Assembly (NCBI RefSeq): GCF_006345805.1
Contig: NC_042998.1
Location: 32,984,001-33,048,000 of the forward strand
Reading direction: 5' to 3'
Source of the DNA: Octopus sinensis
Lineage: Eukaryota
DNA length: 64,000 bases
The notes beneath the pieces were generated by a model. That model worked only from the letters and a program-made list of their open reading frames with translations. It did no database searches and was not told the DNA's origin. The translations under genes were made by a program, and so were the position numbers. Every line of letters begins with the position of its first letter. Within the stretch, counting starts at the first letter, position 1. Below are positions 52,561 through 64,000 of this stretch, piece by piece.

Positions 52561-52656
52561 GCCACACCACTGCCATAGACAAATTCTTTCCTATGCCTTC
52601 GAACTTTCTTTCTGCTCCGTTATATGTTCCATTGCTACTAAATATCTTTGACGTAT

Positions 52657-52730
<74 letters not shown>

Positions 52731-53091
52731 TATACCGCACAATCAAACACACAGAACACATTTTACACCTTACTACTAAGTATATTGACGTTTGTCTCCC
52801 TCACACACACAATAACACATACACCACACAGACACAAATGCAGTTATATACACACACTCATACACATACACAAACACTCGCACTCATTAACACAAGCACA
52901 CGCCCGCACATCCCCATACATACAGCATACATATTGTCCCCTACCTATTTTTACTACTTCCTCCTTCTACCCATTTTTGACGTCATTGTTTATAACGGAT
53001 TATCTTAAAAAAACACTCATTACACTTTGGTCGCCAAATTTTGTTCGTCTTGTGGCTGAAAGAGGCTCCTTATCTTTCCTGATGAGAAGAT

Positions 53092-53126
<35 letters not shown>

Positions 53127-53679
53127 CAACCTGATGCGGTGTGCTTAAGTCTCTGTAACTTAGCAATTCGGCAATAGTGACCGATAGAATAAGTACCAGG
53201 CTTTAAAATATTAAATACTGGAGTCGATTTATTCGAGTAAATTTATCCAAGGCGGTGCCCCATCATGGCCGCTGTCTTATATCTGAAACAAAAGATTAAA
53301 CATGCATATGCATATACATACGTGCGCGCGAGAGAGAGTATTTATGTATACGTATGTACATGTACTTTTAGACAGAACATATTTAAATAATTTTTAACGA
53401 TAAAGCAATCATTCAAAGTTTAATTAACCGAAAATTTATTCATTACGTGTTTGTTCCAGATCATAATGCGTAAATGATGCGGAACTCTTAATCATGAAAG
53501 AATTTTCATATTATATTTTTTTAATTGTTTTACCATCATCGATCGCGCATGTGGAACATCAGCGCCAATTGAATAATTATTTTGTAGAGTTATCTCAGCA
53601 GATAAAACAAACTTAACATACAATAAGCTATTTTTATGCTTCTGTATTGTATCAATTGTGTTTCCCAGTCTTTTATCTT

Positions 53680-54320
53680 AGTTTTTCCAGTCATTAGAAA
53701 GCGGCCATCCTGGACCGCCACCTTGATGAACTTTAGTCGAACGAATTAGTGTTTCGTTTTGGGATTTGGTTTGCAAGATTCTTTATGTGAGTTCGTGTGT
53801 TCAAGCATATTTTGTTGTGTCTGGGGAGGGTCATTCTCTTTTAGTGCCTTATAATTTAACACACTCGCCGGTAAAATTTCCATTCATTTCTTTCTGTATT
53901 TTTCTAAAATTTTCGTTGCGTCTTGTAAACTTTTCAATACTTTTGAGAGTCACTACTATTGAAAACGTTGCAAGAGGCAACGAAAATTTTAGAAAAATAA
54001 AGAAGGAAATGAGTGGAAATTTTACCGGCGTGTGTGTTAAATTATAAGGCACTAAAAGAGAACGACCCTCCCCAGACACAACAGAATTAGTGTTTATTTT
54101 CTTTAAACTTGGCGCTTATTTTATCGGTCTCAAGTGACGGTGGGAGCAAACGCATACATATATATATATATATATATATATAAACGAAGAGGTAGCCTCA
54201 CGATGAGCCCAATTCTATAGCAAAAGACACTTGTCAAAGGTACTGCGCAGTAGAACTGAACCCAAAACCACGTCGTTGAAAAACAAACTTCCTACCACGC
54301 AGCCACAGCCACACCCACAC
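53680..54320 (-). mobile_element. SINE family B (diverged) interrupted by a foldback insertion
   Basis: Family B blocks on both sides of 53755-54083. Confidence 0.55.
53755..54083. mobile_element. 329-bp foldback insertion with 12-bp TSD
   Basis: GAATTAGTGTTT at 53743-53754 and 54084-54095; inverted arms ~53812-53940 and ~53957-54083. Confidence 0.75.
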
Positions 54321-55283
54321 CTACGTTTACGTTTCCTAAAATCCTTGTTATTTTTTGTTTTGAAGACGAGCCAATATGTATTATCTACAGATGTAATCTA
54401 TTAAGCAATATTCTTTGATTTGTGAAAGGAAACAAAATGTGTCAGAATATTTAATAATATTTCGCCTATCAGACAAAAAGTAGTCGTCAGTTTTCCATTT
54501 AATTTTATTTTGTGTGAATGCTGCACTTTATATATTTGGTTGGTTGGGTTATATTTTCAATGAATTTATCTCATAAAACTCTAAAGTTTCCTGGAGCAAT
54601 AGCAAATATAAAGCATTATAGAGATGATTAGTTGTAACGCTGAAATATAAACAACCTCAAGAAGATATTACAAGAAAATCAAAGTTTAAAACTTTTCACT
54701 TTAAAGTAGTTTGCAATAGTATTTAGATAAGACAAATCCGATAAGATAAACGTAACAATCTTCAGAAATGAAATCCTTTAAATCGTTATAAGTGACAGGT
54801 AACAGTGATTATTAGATTCCTTTCACTCCTTAGTTCTGTAGAATCTTTTTACTATCAATGATCTTAACTCTCTCTTCGATGATGCAAATCTGTAAGTTAG
54901 GTTTAGGGTAGGCAATTTGTTATTTTATTTTAATAAACATGTTAAAAATGAACATTTCAAGTCGAGAAGTATTCCTCCAATATTGAATTGAAAGAACAAT
55001 ATTATATTTGTTAGCTTAACGGAATGTGATGGTTCCTAATAAAACCGATGTTGAAAGGTACTTTAATATGATCTACGAAAACGTTAATGATTTGCTGTTT
55101 AAGTTTGAATGAAATCCAATACACATACGTAACTACAACACTTTGAAACAAAACTAATATAGCAAAACAGGTATTGCGGTTACTTTGACATCATATTGTC
55201 GACCAAACCATCAGTTGATGTTTTACACCGCTGGTCACATTGCACTTCCAATTCCATCTAGAATACACTATATTTTTCCATTT

Positions 55284-56065
55284 TATTTCTGTATTGCCCA
55301 CAAGGGGCTAAACACAGAGAGGACAAACAAGGACAGACAAACGGATTAAGTCGATTACATCGACCCCAGTGCGTAACTGGTACTTAATTTATCGACCTCG
55401 AAATGATGAAAGGCAAAGTCGACCTCGGCGGAATTTGAACTCAGAACGTATCGACGGGCGAAATGCCTATTTCTTTACTACCCACAAGGGGCTAAACACA
55501 GAGAGGGTAAACAAGGACAGACAAACAGATTAAGTCGATTATATCGACCCCAGTGCGTAACTGGTACTTATTTAATCGACTCCGAAAGGATGAAAAGCAA
55601 AGTCGACCTCGGCGGAATTTGAATTCAGAACGTAGCGGCAGACGAAATAGCTATTTCTTTACTGCCCACAAGGGGCTAAACACAGAGGGGACAAACAAGG
55701 ACAGACAAACAGATTAAGTCGATTATATCGACCCCAGTGCGTAACTGGTACTTATTTAATCGGCCCCGAAAGGATGAGAGGCAAAATCAACCTCGGCGGA
55801 ATTTGAACTCAGAACGTAACGGCAGACGAAATACCTATTTCTTTATTACCCACAAGGGGCTAAACACAGAGGGGACAAACAAGGACAGACATAGGTATTA
55901 AGTCGATTATATCGATCCCAGTGCGTAACTGGTACTTAATTTATCGACCCCGAAAGGATGAAAGGCAAAGTCGACCTCGGCGGAATTTGAACTCACAACG
56001 TAACGCAGACGAAATACCGCTAAGAATTTCGCTCGGCGTGCTAACGTTTCTGCCATCTCACCGCC
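55284..56065 (-). mobile_element. SINE family A head-to-tail tetramer, 184-bp period
   Basis: Units start TATTTC at 55284, 55468, 55652 and 55836; only the last carries the complete 5' head. Confidence 0.9.
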
Positions 56066-56084
56066 TTATTTTCCATCTTGACAC

Positions 56085-56350
56085 TAGTCGTTTAACAAAT
56101 CGTCTTCCCATCGTCGTGGAGACCATCCAAATAACCTTTTTCCTATCTCTTGTGTTCCACCCGACAACTGCACGGATCCTCATGTTGTCTGTGAACGTTG
56201 CGACATGTCCGGCCCAGCGGAACTTTTTCTTTCAGTATTCTGCGATCACATCGTTCAGTCAGCTCCGTTCTTGAATGATCTCATTTCGGATATGATCTTT
56301 CGCAATGATATTTCTAAAATGGCTCTTTCCATGGCCATATGTGTCATACC
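56085..56350 (-). mobile_element. RTE-clade LINE 3' ORF fragment
   Basis: MAMERAILEISLR ... frameshifted WAGHV-like segment ... PRRWEDD. Confidence 0.65.
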
Positions 56351-56981
56351 CAATCGATGTTTTTTCTTGTTGTTTTTTTCAAGATAGAAGAAATTTGACA
56401 TATAAGATGACATTGCCCAAGCCAACAAGCGATTGCCTCGGCGGTCATTTCACGAGCTTGAAACAATAGCCAAATTGAAAGGTAGATTTAATCAGTCACC
56501 CGCTTGGAAATCCCCATCTGGTGGTAGGATGTATTTATAGGATGCCCCTCTGTTGCAAGCTTTCAGAACAGGCCTTTGAGTTGAAGACATCCTCCTTGAA
56601 AAAGCCTACTAAACCTTGCTCTTCCACCTCAAAATAATAGACTGCCGTTTTAAAACGATGACACAGAATATGCTTGAAAAAATGGGACAACCATAGTTGG
56701 AATGCTTGATTCCAGACTGACCTTGGGCAAAAAACAATAGTTCATGTTTCAAGGAAGACGAAATACTTTGACTCAAACAGTGTTCCACTTTTCAATGAAG
56801 ATTAATATAAGAATGAAATGAAAGTCAACTTTTTTTTAAAATAAAAGTCCTGTCTTTCATACTGCATCTTGAAGGATCAATAAACGTAAATTATATCTTT
56901 TTCAGTTCTATATTTAAGAAATGAGAAATTATGTACATTATTTACATTTGATGGATATTTGCCCTCATCTTGTTTGTTGTT

Positions 56982-57026
56982 AACACAACGTTTCAGCTGA
57001 TATCCCTCCAGCCTTCATCAGGTGTC
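56982..57026 (-). ncRNA. Minimal type I hammerhead
   Basis: Reverse complement: GACAC / CTGATGA-A / GGCTG-GAGGGATAT-CAGCT / GAAACGT-T / GTGTT. Confidence 0.8.
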
Positions 57027-57073
57027 TTAGGGAAATTTTAAACATGGGTTCTCATTTCTAAGGTATTTTTCGA

Positions 57074-57135
<62 letters not shown>

Positions 57136-57139
<4 letters not shown>

Positions 57140-57203
57140 TCACTGCCTGGAATCGAACTCGGAATTTTGGGGCTAGTAGCCCGCGCTCCTAACCACTACG
57201 CCC
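57136..57203 (-). promoter_or_regulatory. tRNA-derived Pol III head (A and B box)
   Basis: Reverse complement: GGCGTAGTGGTTAGG...GAGTTCGATTCC. Confidence 0.7.
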
Positions 57204-57212
57204 ACGTGCATA

Positions 57213-57280
57213 TGGCGTAGTGGTTAAGAGCGCGGGTTATTAACCCCAAGATTCCGAGTTCGATTCCAGGCAGTGACCTG
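57213..57280 (+). promoter_or_regulatory. tRNA-derived Pol III head (A and B box)
   Basis: TGGCGTAGTGGTTAAG...GAGTTCGATTCC. Confidence 0.7.
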
Positions 57281-57357
57281 AATAATAATAATAACAACAA
57301 CAACAACAACATCGAAAAGTACCTTAGGAATGAGACCCCAGGTTCGAAATTCCCCAA

Positions 57358-57403
57358 GACACCTGATGAAGGCTGGAGAGTGCATCAGCCGAAATGTTGT
57401 GTT
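57358..57403 (+). ncRNA. Minimal type I hammerhead
   Basis: GACAC / CTGATGA-A / GGCTG-GAGAGTGCAT-CAGCC / GAAATGT-T / GTGTT. Confidence 0.75.
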
Positions 57404-57764
57404 AACAACAAACAAGATGAGGATAAATATCCGTCAAATGTAAATAATGTAAATAATGTAGATGTCTTTTTGTTGTACAAAATATTATTTCGTGACTTCT
57501 TTACCAAAACAGTTTCGTTTTTTTTTTCAATTCAATTTCTCACAGAGGAACGCAGTTCTATATGTATATTTTTTAAGAATTAGAAAAATAAATTACCATT
57601 AGCGAATTCAACTGTAATTAATTCATATACTTAGAAAAGATTTACTGCACAATGTAAGATTTTTTCCCACATTTCTGAAATTTAATATTTATCATTCTTT
57701 CATACTGCAGAGAACTTTATGTTCTGGAATAATAAAGTTTAAAAGAGCCGTGAAAGCAGTTACC

Positions 57765-57828
57765 AATAATAATAATAATAGTAATAATAGTAATAATAAT
57801 AATAGTAATAATAATAATAATAATAATG

Positions 57829-57872
<44 letters not shown>

Positions 57873-57951
57873 AATGATGATGATGATGATGATGATAATA
57901 GTAATAATAATAATAGTAATAATAATAATGATGATGATGATGATAATGATA

Positions 57952-58028
<77 letters not shown>

Positions 58029-58045
58029 AATAATAATAATAATAA
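57765..58045. repeat. Compound (AAT)/(GAT) trinucleotide repeat
   Basis: Direct reading. Confidence 0.95.
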
Positions 58046-58701
58046 ATTGGTGAGAATGTTCATCGAAAAGAAATTCATTGTTTGAAATATTTCTCGCAAA
58101 AGAAAATAGTTTCTCGGTTTTATTCTGTATCTTTTTACTTTCTTGTCATGAATCCAGAAGCGTAATGGTTCTGTTGGAAAACATTCGAACATTTTTTTAT
58201 AATACTCCTAAATTTTTTGCTTTTTTTTTAAGAAGTAAAAGTTACCGCAAAGAAATTAATTTTATGTGCAATTTATAACGAAAATGATAAATGGAAATTG
58301 CATTCCTTGCATATCTAATTGTTGAAACTAATAAATGAATTTAAGCTTAAAATGCATAAACGAGACTCATATCGCTCAGGTAATTAGTACAACTAATAAT
58401 TTTTTGAAACCAATCAATTTTACAGCAACATCATATTTTCTTAGACTCATTACACACGTATCACAGCTGGACAAATTCACATATATTGCTGTAAGTTTGT
58501 TTGAAATTATTCCCTTGACGGGGAAATATTTCTGATTAAATTTAATAACTATTTGTATAAGTAGTATTCTTTATTTCCAGATTTTCAAATGAATATCACG
58601 AGTATCAAGCTGTTCTCCATGAAGCAGATGCCGAATGGACTCCCAATAGATTTCCTTGTATTTTATTATAGGTGACTTGTCCTACAAGGACTGCATAAGT
58701 G

Positions 58702-59092
58702 GGATCTTTTACTTTTGAACGGCACTTTTCAACACAATTTCTAGTTAACTAAACACTTTTAAACTTCGTATACTGGTAGAATATGTCAAAATAAAACATT
58801 TTTGTCTCTTGGCTTTCTTGAGAAAATTGTAATTTGTAAGTTTAACGTAGTTTAATTTTTCGAATTTTAACCAATCCTATCGCCTCTATTGAGCTAAAAT
58901 CATTTGCTGCGTCTAAAACTGAGACAACATCCTGTCACTAACCCTAACCCTAAATTTTTAGCCTTTCGTTTTTTTCTAGTTAACTAACCACTTTTAAACT
59001 TCGTATACTGGTAGAATGTGTCATAATAAAACATTTAGTGTTTAGTTAACTAGAAATTGTGTTGAAAACTGCCGTTCAAAAGGAAAAGATCC
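58702..59092. mobile_element. Non-autonomous DNA transposon with GG...CC ends, ~57-bp TIRs and 8-bp TSD
   Basis: CATAAGTG at 58694-58701 and 59093-59100; TIR GGATCTTTT(A/C)CTTTTGAACGGCA.TTTTCAACACAATTTCTAGTTAACT. Confidence 0.8.
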
Positions 59093-59539
59093 CATAAGTG
59101 TTCAGGATATTCTAGTTGGGGATATTGGTTAACACTACATATTTTCGCGGTTTCTTTCTTTCAATGGGGGAAATCCATATTTTATCGGATGCTGGAAATA
59201 TCAGGAATACAAGGAAAGCAAATAGACTTTGTGATCATTTAAGAAATACTACTTGCATGCTAAGTTGTATTCTTTTCCAAGTATTTACGAAACAACCAGA
59301 TTATGTTTTTTTTTTTTTTAGTACTTCATTTGTCCTTTACAATAACTGAGTTCTATGGTGGACGTGACTTGATGTAAAGATAGTTTAGTGATCTACGTAG
59401 CTAAATAGTTGAATGATCTCCCTTGCAAGAAAGTTTATTGAGTAACCTCCCTTTTCTAAGTTTCTCGAAGCATCTGTGTTATTGAAGAAGCTTAGCGTTT
59501 CTCTTGGACGTTTCAAACTCGCCAGACAGTGTAGTAAAT

Positions 59540-61290
59540 TCAATTGAAGAATTCAGCTAGAATCCAGAAGGGATTACCTTCTCTGCATATTTTCGTAGAT
59601 ATGAAGAAATTTTCAAATAATAGTGTAAAAGTTGGTCCGACGAGGAAAAAGTATGATTACTCTTAAGGAAGTTACCCCCTCCTAAACCTGAAAAATATAA
59701 TAATTATTATATTCTACCGGAGAAGCCAGATGAGATTTGTTTCGATGAAACAATTAATATTTTATCGAAAATTTTCAGTGAAAAAAGTTTCCTGTTCAAT
59801 CCTCGCTGGCAATGATTAAATTTGGTCAAAAAAATTATGAAGAGTTCATCACCTATGCCTGAGCAGTTAATAGTGAGCGTGAGAAATTCAAATTGAATGA
59901 GTTAACCCCAAATGTGTTCAAGTAGTTCATTTTTGTTCCAGGGCTTACTGCAAACAAAGATGCTGATATATGTTCCTGGATATTAACAAATTAGAACAGG
60001 AGGAAAATTTAACTCTCCAGGCAGTAGCAGAAGAATGCCAGAGGATTATTAATCTACGACATGACGCAAATAAAACTGAAGAGAAAGATTGTTCTCAGAT
60101 TCAAACGTGTCGACTGGTAACGAGTAAGAATATAGACAAAAAAATATCAAGACTGAATCCATGTTATGGGTACGGTGGCCTACATTTTCAAAATAACCGT
60201 CCGTTTAAAAATATAAAGCGCTTCAAAGTTGGTAAAATAGGTCATAAAAAGACACATTGTAGAACAGAGCCTAAAGAACGGTTCAACCGAAAAAAAAATC
60301 ACGTAAACGGATTATCGGAGACGAAAAATACGAACGAGCCTCAAAAGGAATTTGTGGATGTAAAAATTAACAACACAAACATAGAGTTACAATTGGATAC
60401 AGGCAGCGACATCTCAATAATTAACACAGATACATGGGGAAAGAACGGGAGGCCTAGATTAAATGAAACTTCAAAAATTGCTCGTGCTGTTTCGGGAAAA
60501 AAAACATATATGTTAAGGACAAATAGATAAGTAACGTTACATTTCGTGAAAAACATTAAAGGATAAAGTTTTTGTGTTAAAAAATACAACAAACTTGATC
60601 GGTATAGATTGGATGGAATTGTTTGATTTATAGTACCTCTCCATAAATCTTTTCTGTAAAAATGTAAATGGTTTTTCCTCCAGTACAGATAATTCGCAGA
60701 CGAATTGAAAAAATTCTTTTAATATTTTTCCTGAAGTTCTATCCGATAAATTAGGTCTGTGTACCAAATCAAAAGCGCAGTTTCAAATACAAGAAAACAC
60801 TAACCGACATTGAAACAAAAGCGAACTGTACCTTTCGCAGCGTTAGAACAGGTAAACATAGAGTCAGAGAGACTAGAAAAAATTGGAGTTATCCAAAAAG
60901 TGGACTACTCTGAATGAGCATTACCAATTTCTTTACTACTCACAAGGGGCTAAACACAGAGAGGACAAACAAGGACAGACTAACGGATTAAATCGATTAT
61001 ATCGACTCCAGTGCGTAACTGGTATTTATTTAATCGACCCCGAAAGGATGAGAGGCAAAGTCGACCTCGGCGGAATTTGAACTGAATGAGCATTACCAAT
61101 TGAGTTCGTTAAGAAAAAGAATAATAAAATCAGAGAGTGCTGATTTTCCCACTGGAATGTAAGAAATACTAAATGTAAATGTAAGAAATGCTAAAACTCG
61201 GAGCGGAGTTCAATTCTCAAAAGGGGAGAAGATAGGTGAAACTGATTATAAAAAGGAGAGATGTTGTGAAAGGATTCCGACCGCTCCTCA
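59540..61290 (+). mobile_element. Ty3/Gypsy LTR retrotransposon relic (gag, protease, RT start), internally deleted
   Basis: FSAYFRRYEEIF, LTLQAVAEECQRI, zinc-knuckle remnant GKIGHKKTHC, protease LQLDTGSDISII, RT entry LEKIGVIQKVDYSE*ALPI; purine tract then TGTTG near 61262. Confidence 0.85.
60930..61081 (-). mobile_element. SINE family A inserted in the Gypsy RT, 20-bp TSD
   Basis: CTGAATGAGCATTACCAATT at 60910-60929 and 61082-61101. Confidence 0.9.
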
Positions 61291-62334
61291 AGTGACTAAA
61301 AGTTGGACTGACTCATTATTATAAAGAACTGTGAACGATTGGCAGTTCGGGTTGGCAAGCAGTTCGCTGTGTGCTTTCGATGTAGACCATTGAATCCCGT
61401 ACAATAATAATAGTTGTGCGACGTGTATATACTTTCTTTTTCCTCACTGCTTCGTTATATTCTATATCAAATATTAGGATACAAAATATTCCTAATTTGT
61501 TACTTTCTAAAATGCTATGGAGAAATATGCCATTGGCGCTATTTATCGATGGCTTTGCAGCTATCCTTAATTACATCAACATTATTTGTCCTCTCCTTTT
61601 TAAGCCGGGATGATCTCTCACTCAAAATAGGAGATTTGTTGGCCTGCATAATTGTGCGTGTTGTCCAGAAATTCTGAGCATTATCGGATAACTTTCAGTA
61701 TCAGGTGCCGGATTATTGAGTGGTATAATCAATGATGTCAAAAAAATTTGCATTTATTTTTGTTTTGCTGTGTATTGAACAAATCTCATTCTCTTGCAGC
61801 ACAGTGGCTGAAATATGTCAAACGTATTTTCTGATTATCATACCTAAGACTAATTTACTAGCGAAATCACTTTTTGTCAGATGAAGTAGTCCGCTTTTGT
61901 ATGAGTTATTGGAAATAGTTTTTGATTATTTAGAGTGATGAATGAAAACGATTTTTCAACATGAAATTTCTATTTGTCTTGGACGTTATATTGTACGGCT
62001 ACATATTACTCTTCTATCAAAATGTGTCTGTGTGTATCTGTTAGAAATCTCTGTATGGTTTTGAAATAATATCATTCAAGAAGATGTAAGCGTGTTTACA
62101 TATCTTCTGTGAGTATCTTCTCTGCAAATAGGAAAACATTTCTAAAAGATTTTTGAGATTTTGTATCTGAAAGTAGCTCGTATAGAAATTAGTTAAATAG
62201 ATCAGGTGGGGGCGGGGCCGATTGTGCAGTTCTGCATTTTAATTAAGTGGTTTCGACTCTGTATTTCGTTTGAGCAGAAGCTTCGTCGAATTTATAGACT
62301 GAAACTACACACACACACACATGGATATGTAATG

Positions 62335-62517
62335 ACTGTGCGCTTATAAAACTCGCTTTACAACCACATGGTTTTAATTTCAGTTACACTTCACAGCACC
62401 TCGGCCAAGTGTCTACTATTTTAGCCCTGGGCAGACTGATGTCTTGTGAGTAAATTTGGTACACGAAAAATGCGTGTAAGTCAGTCACATTTATGTGTAT
62501 ATGTGTGTATATGTATG

Positions 62518-62551
<34 letters not shown>

Positions 62552-62765
62552 GTGTGTGTGTGTGTGATTGTGTTTGTCTCCCCACCTCTTGTCAATAGGT
62601 GCTGGTTTGTTTATGTTCCCGTAACATTAAACGTTCAGCAAAACAGACTTACTGAAAGAATACCAGACCTTAAAAGTAGATAACACTGGTTCGATTTGTT
62701 CCCCTAAACTTTTCAAGGCGGTGCCCTAGCATGGCCACAGTTCAATGACTGAAGCAAGGGAAAAA
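62335..62765 (+). mobile_element. SINE family B, diverged, with internal microsatellite
   Basis: CAACCACATGGTT head remnant, CORE-like block, (TA/TG)n, tail CATGGCCACAGTTCAATGACTGAA. Confidence 0.7.
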
Positions 62766-62824
62766 TAAATGATATCCTATATTGTATTCATGTATGTATG
62801 TTTACATGTATGTTTACATGTATG

Positions 62825-62866
<42 letters not shown>

Positions 62867-63107
62867 TACAGAATCGGAGGGGTTTACTTCACTTCAGATC
62901 TAAACGAATAGGTACTCTGGGTAAATGCTATAGGTAGTCGACTATTAGGTTCCAAGAACTTAGCATCGATACATAAAGAAAAGAATTTGAGGGCAATATT
63001 ATATCACTGGAAGAGATGGTGGAAGCTACGTGTGTTGGCAAGCAACATACTTTATATGTTAGTTTTTAAATGTTTAGTAAATAAGGTGTAACGATTTGCA
63101 GGGCTGC

Positions 63108-63160
<53 letters not shown>

Positions 63161-63339
63161 CGAAGACCACATTTCACACAAAAATAACCTATAAATTCAA
63201 CGAAGAGGTTAGGAAAAGAACATCCAGTTAATAAACGCGAAACACATATCAATTAATTAAAATAAAAGCACTGGAACACAAACACATACATACACGCAGC
63301 AAAGGATATAAATAGGTCGTGAATACCGATTGTAATAGT

Positions 63340-63382
63340 TCTCACCTGAGGATCGCTGTTACGCGAGATTCAAGTCGCAAGA
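63340..63382 (+). ncRNA. Decayed hammerhead-like motif
   Basis: TCTCAC / CTGAGGA / TCGC-TGTTAC-GCGA / GATTCAA-GTC / GCAAGA; GAAA and stem I are damaged. Confidence 0.3.
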
Positions 63383-64000
63383 CAAACACTTTAATTTTCA
63401 ATAATAAATTAACTATCTTTCTATCTCTATTTGTGAATTAAGGTTATTTTTGTGTGAAAGTGGTCTTTGCATTTTTTTTGCAATTGTAAGTGTAAGAGTG
63501 TGTGTCACGAAAGCATGTATTTTTTTGGCGTGTGAATATGTGCGCATATAAGAGAATAATTGCTTATGAACGAAGTTAGTTTAATTAGTTTTATTGTGAA
63601 GTGCTGTATCCTTAATTGGTGATACTTTCAAAGCCACTGTTGAGCGGCTTTGAAGTCTTACTTTGTGAGTAAAAGGCGTTTTTTTTTCTGAAATTGTGTT
63701 TCTCTTCCTTCGAAAAGGTATGTGTGTTTGTGTTTGCGTGTATGATCGTGTGTGTGTGTGTGTACGTGTCTATACATACGTGTGTGTGTATGTCTGCGTG
63801 CGCACATGGTCTTTTGTATTTCTTTAGAATTTTGTTTTCTTGTATGTCTAACATACATTTAAAGTAATAGTATGTGTTGTGTACACGCACAAGTGTATGG
63901 TCTTCTGGATTTTGTAAGCTTTTGTGTATATCTACGATTGGTGTTATTTTGCTTGTGGTCATAGAATACATTTTTGAATCAAAAGTGTGTGGGTGAGATT

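Larger units (their letters stand above)
56931..57460. mobile_element. Palindromic pair of tRNA-headed, HHR-tailed elements (head to head)
   Basis: Each arm: tRNA-like head, (AAT)n, spacer, HHR, AT-rich end; centre near 57207. Confidence 0.85.

Noticed and set aside
54445-54496. CTGACGA...GAAA on the minus strand
   Set aside because: Stem I and stem II do not form convincingly.
55284-56065. CRISPR-like or satellite array
   Set aside because: Units are whole SINE bodies without unique spacers, in eukaryotic context.
57136-57280. Functional tRNA genes
   Set aside because: No convincing acceptor stem, and the heads run into repeat bodies; treated as SINE-type heads, as are those of families A-C.
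57692-58192. Poly-Asn/Asp, poly-Ser/Leu and poly-Met ORFs
   Set aside because: Trinucleotide repeat open in several frames, with no flanking domain or splice context.
59715-59750. CAGATGA...GAAAC motif
   Set aside because: Lies in Gypsy gag coding sequence, has a wrong core and no stem I.
61440-62100. Possible PLE RT relic on the minus strand (similarly 2640-3000)
   Set aside because: Only faint motif resemblance; needs a profile search.

Overview
AT-rich, repeat-saturated eukaryotic non-coding DNA. The SINE families and microsatellite load resemble a coleoid cephalopod such as Octopus (inference from recall, not checked against a database). I found no host protein-coding exon I can support. 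Long ORFs are either microsatellite artefacts or decayed transposons: R4/Dong-like, CR1/L2 and RTE LINEs, Penelope-like elements (PLEs), Ty3/Gypsy, Tc1/mariner and hAT-type MITEs. The main result is about 20 type I hammerhead ribozyme (HHR) motifs read by eye on both strands, from at least 8 sequence-unrelated families. They include candidate G3:C8 and A3:U8 core variants, a covarying extended HHR family, a 473-nt retrozyme-like unit and repeated head-to-head foldback cassettes. One palindromic element joins a tRNA-derived Pol III head to an HHR-bearing PLE-like tail. Most HHR elements end at (TA)n tracts. A 100-N gap is flanked by a probable false duplication. All structures and alignments are manual; no folding or search was run and element boundaries are approximate.
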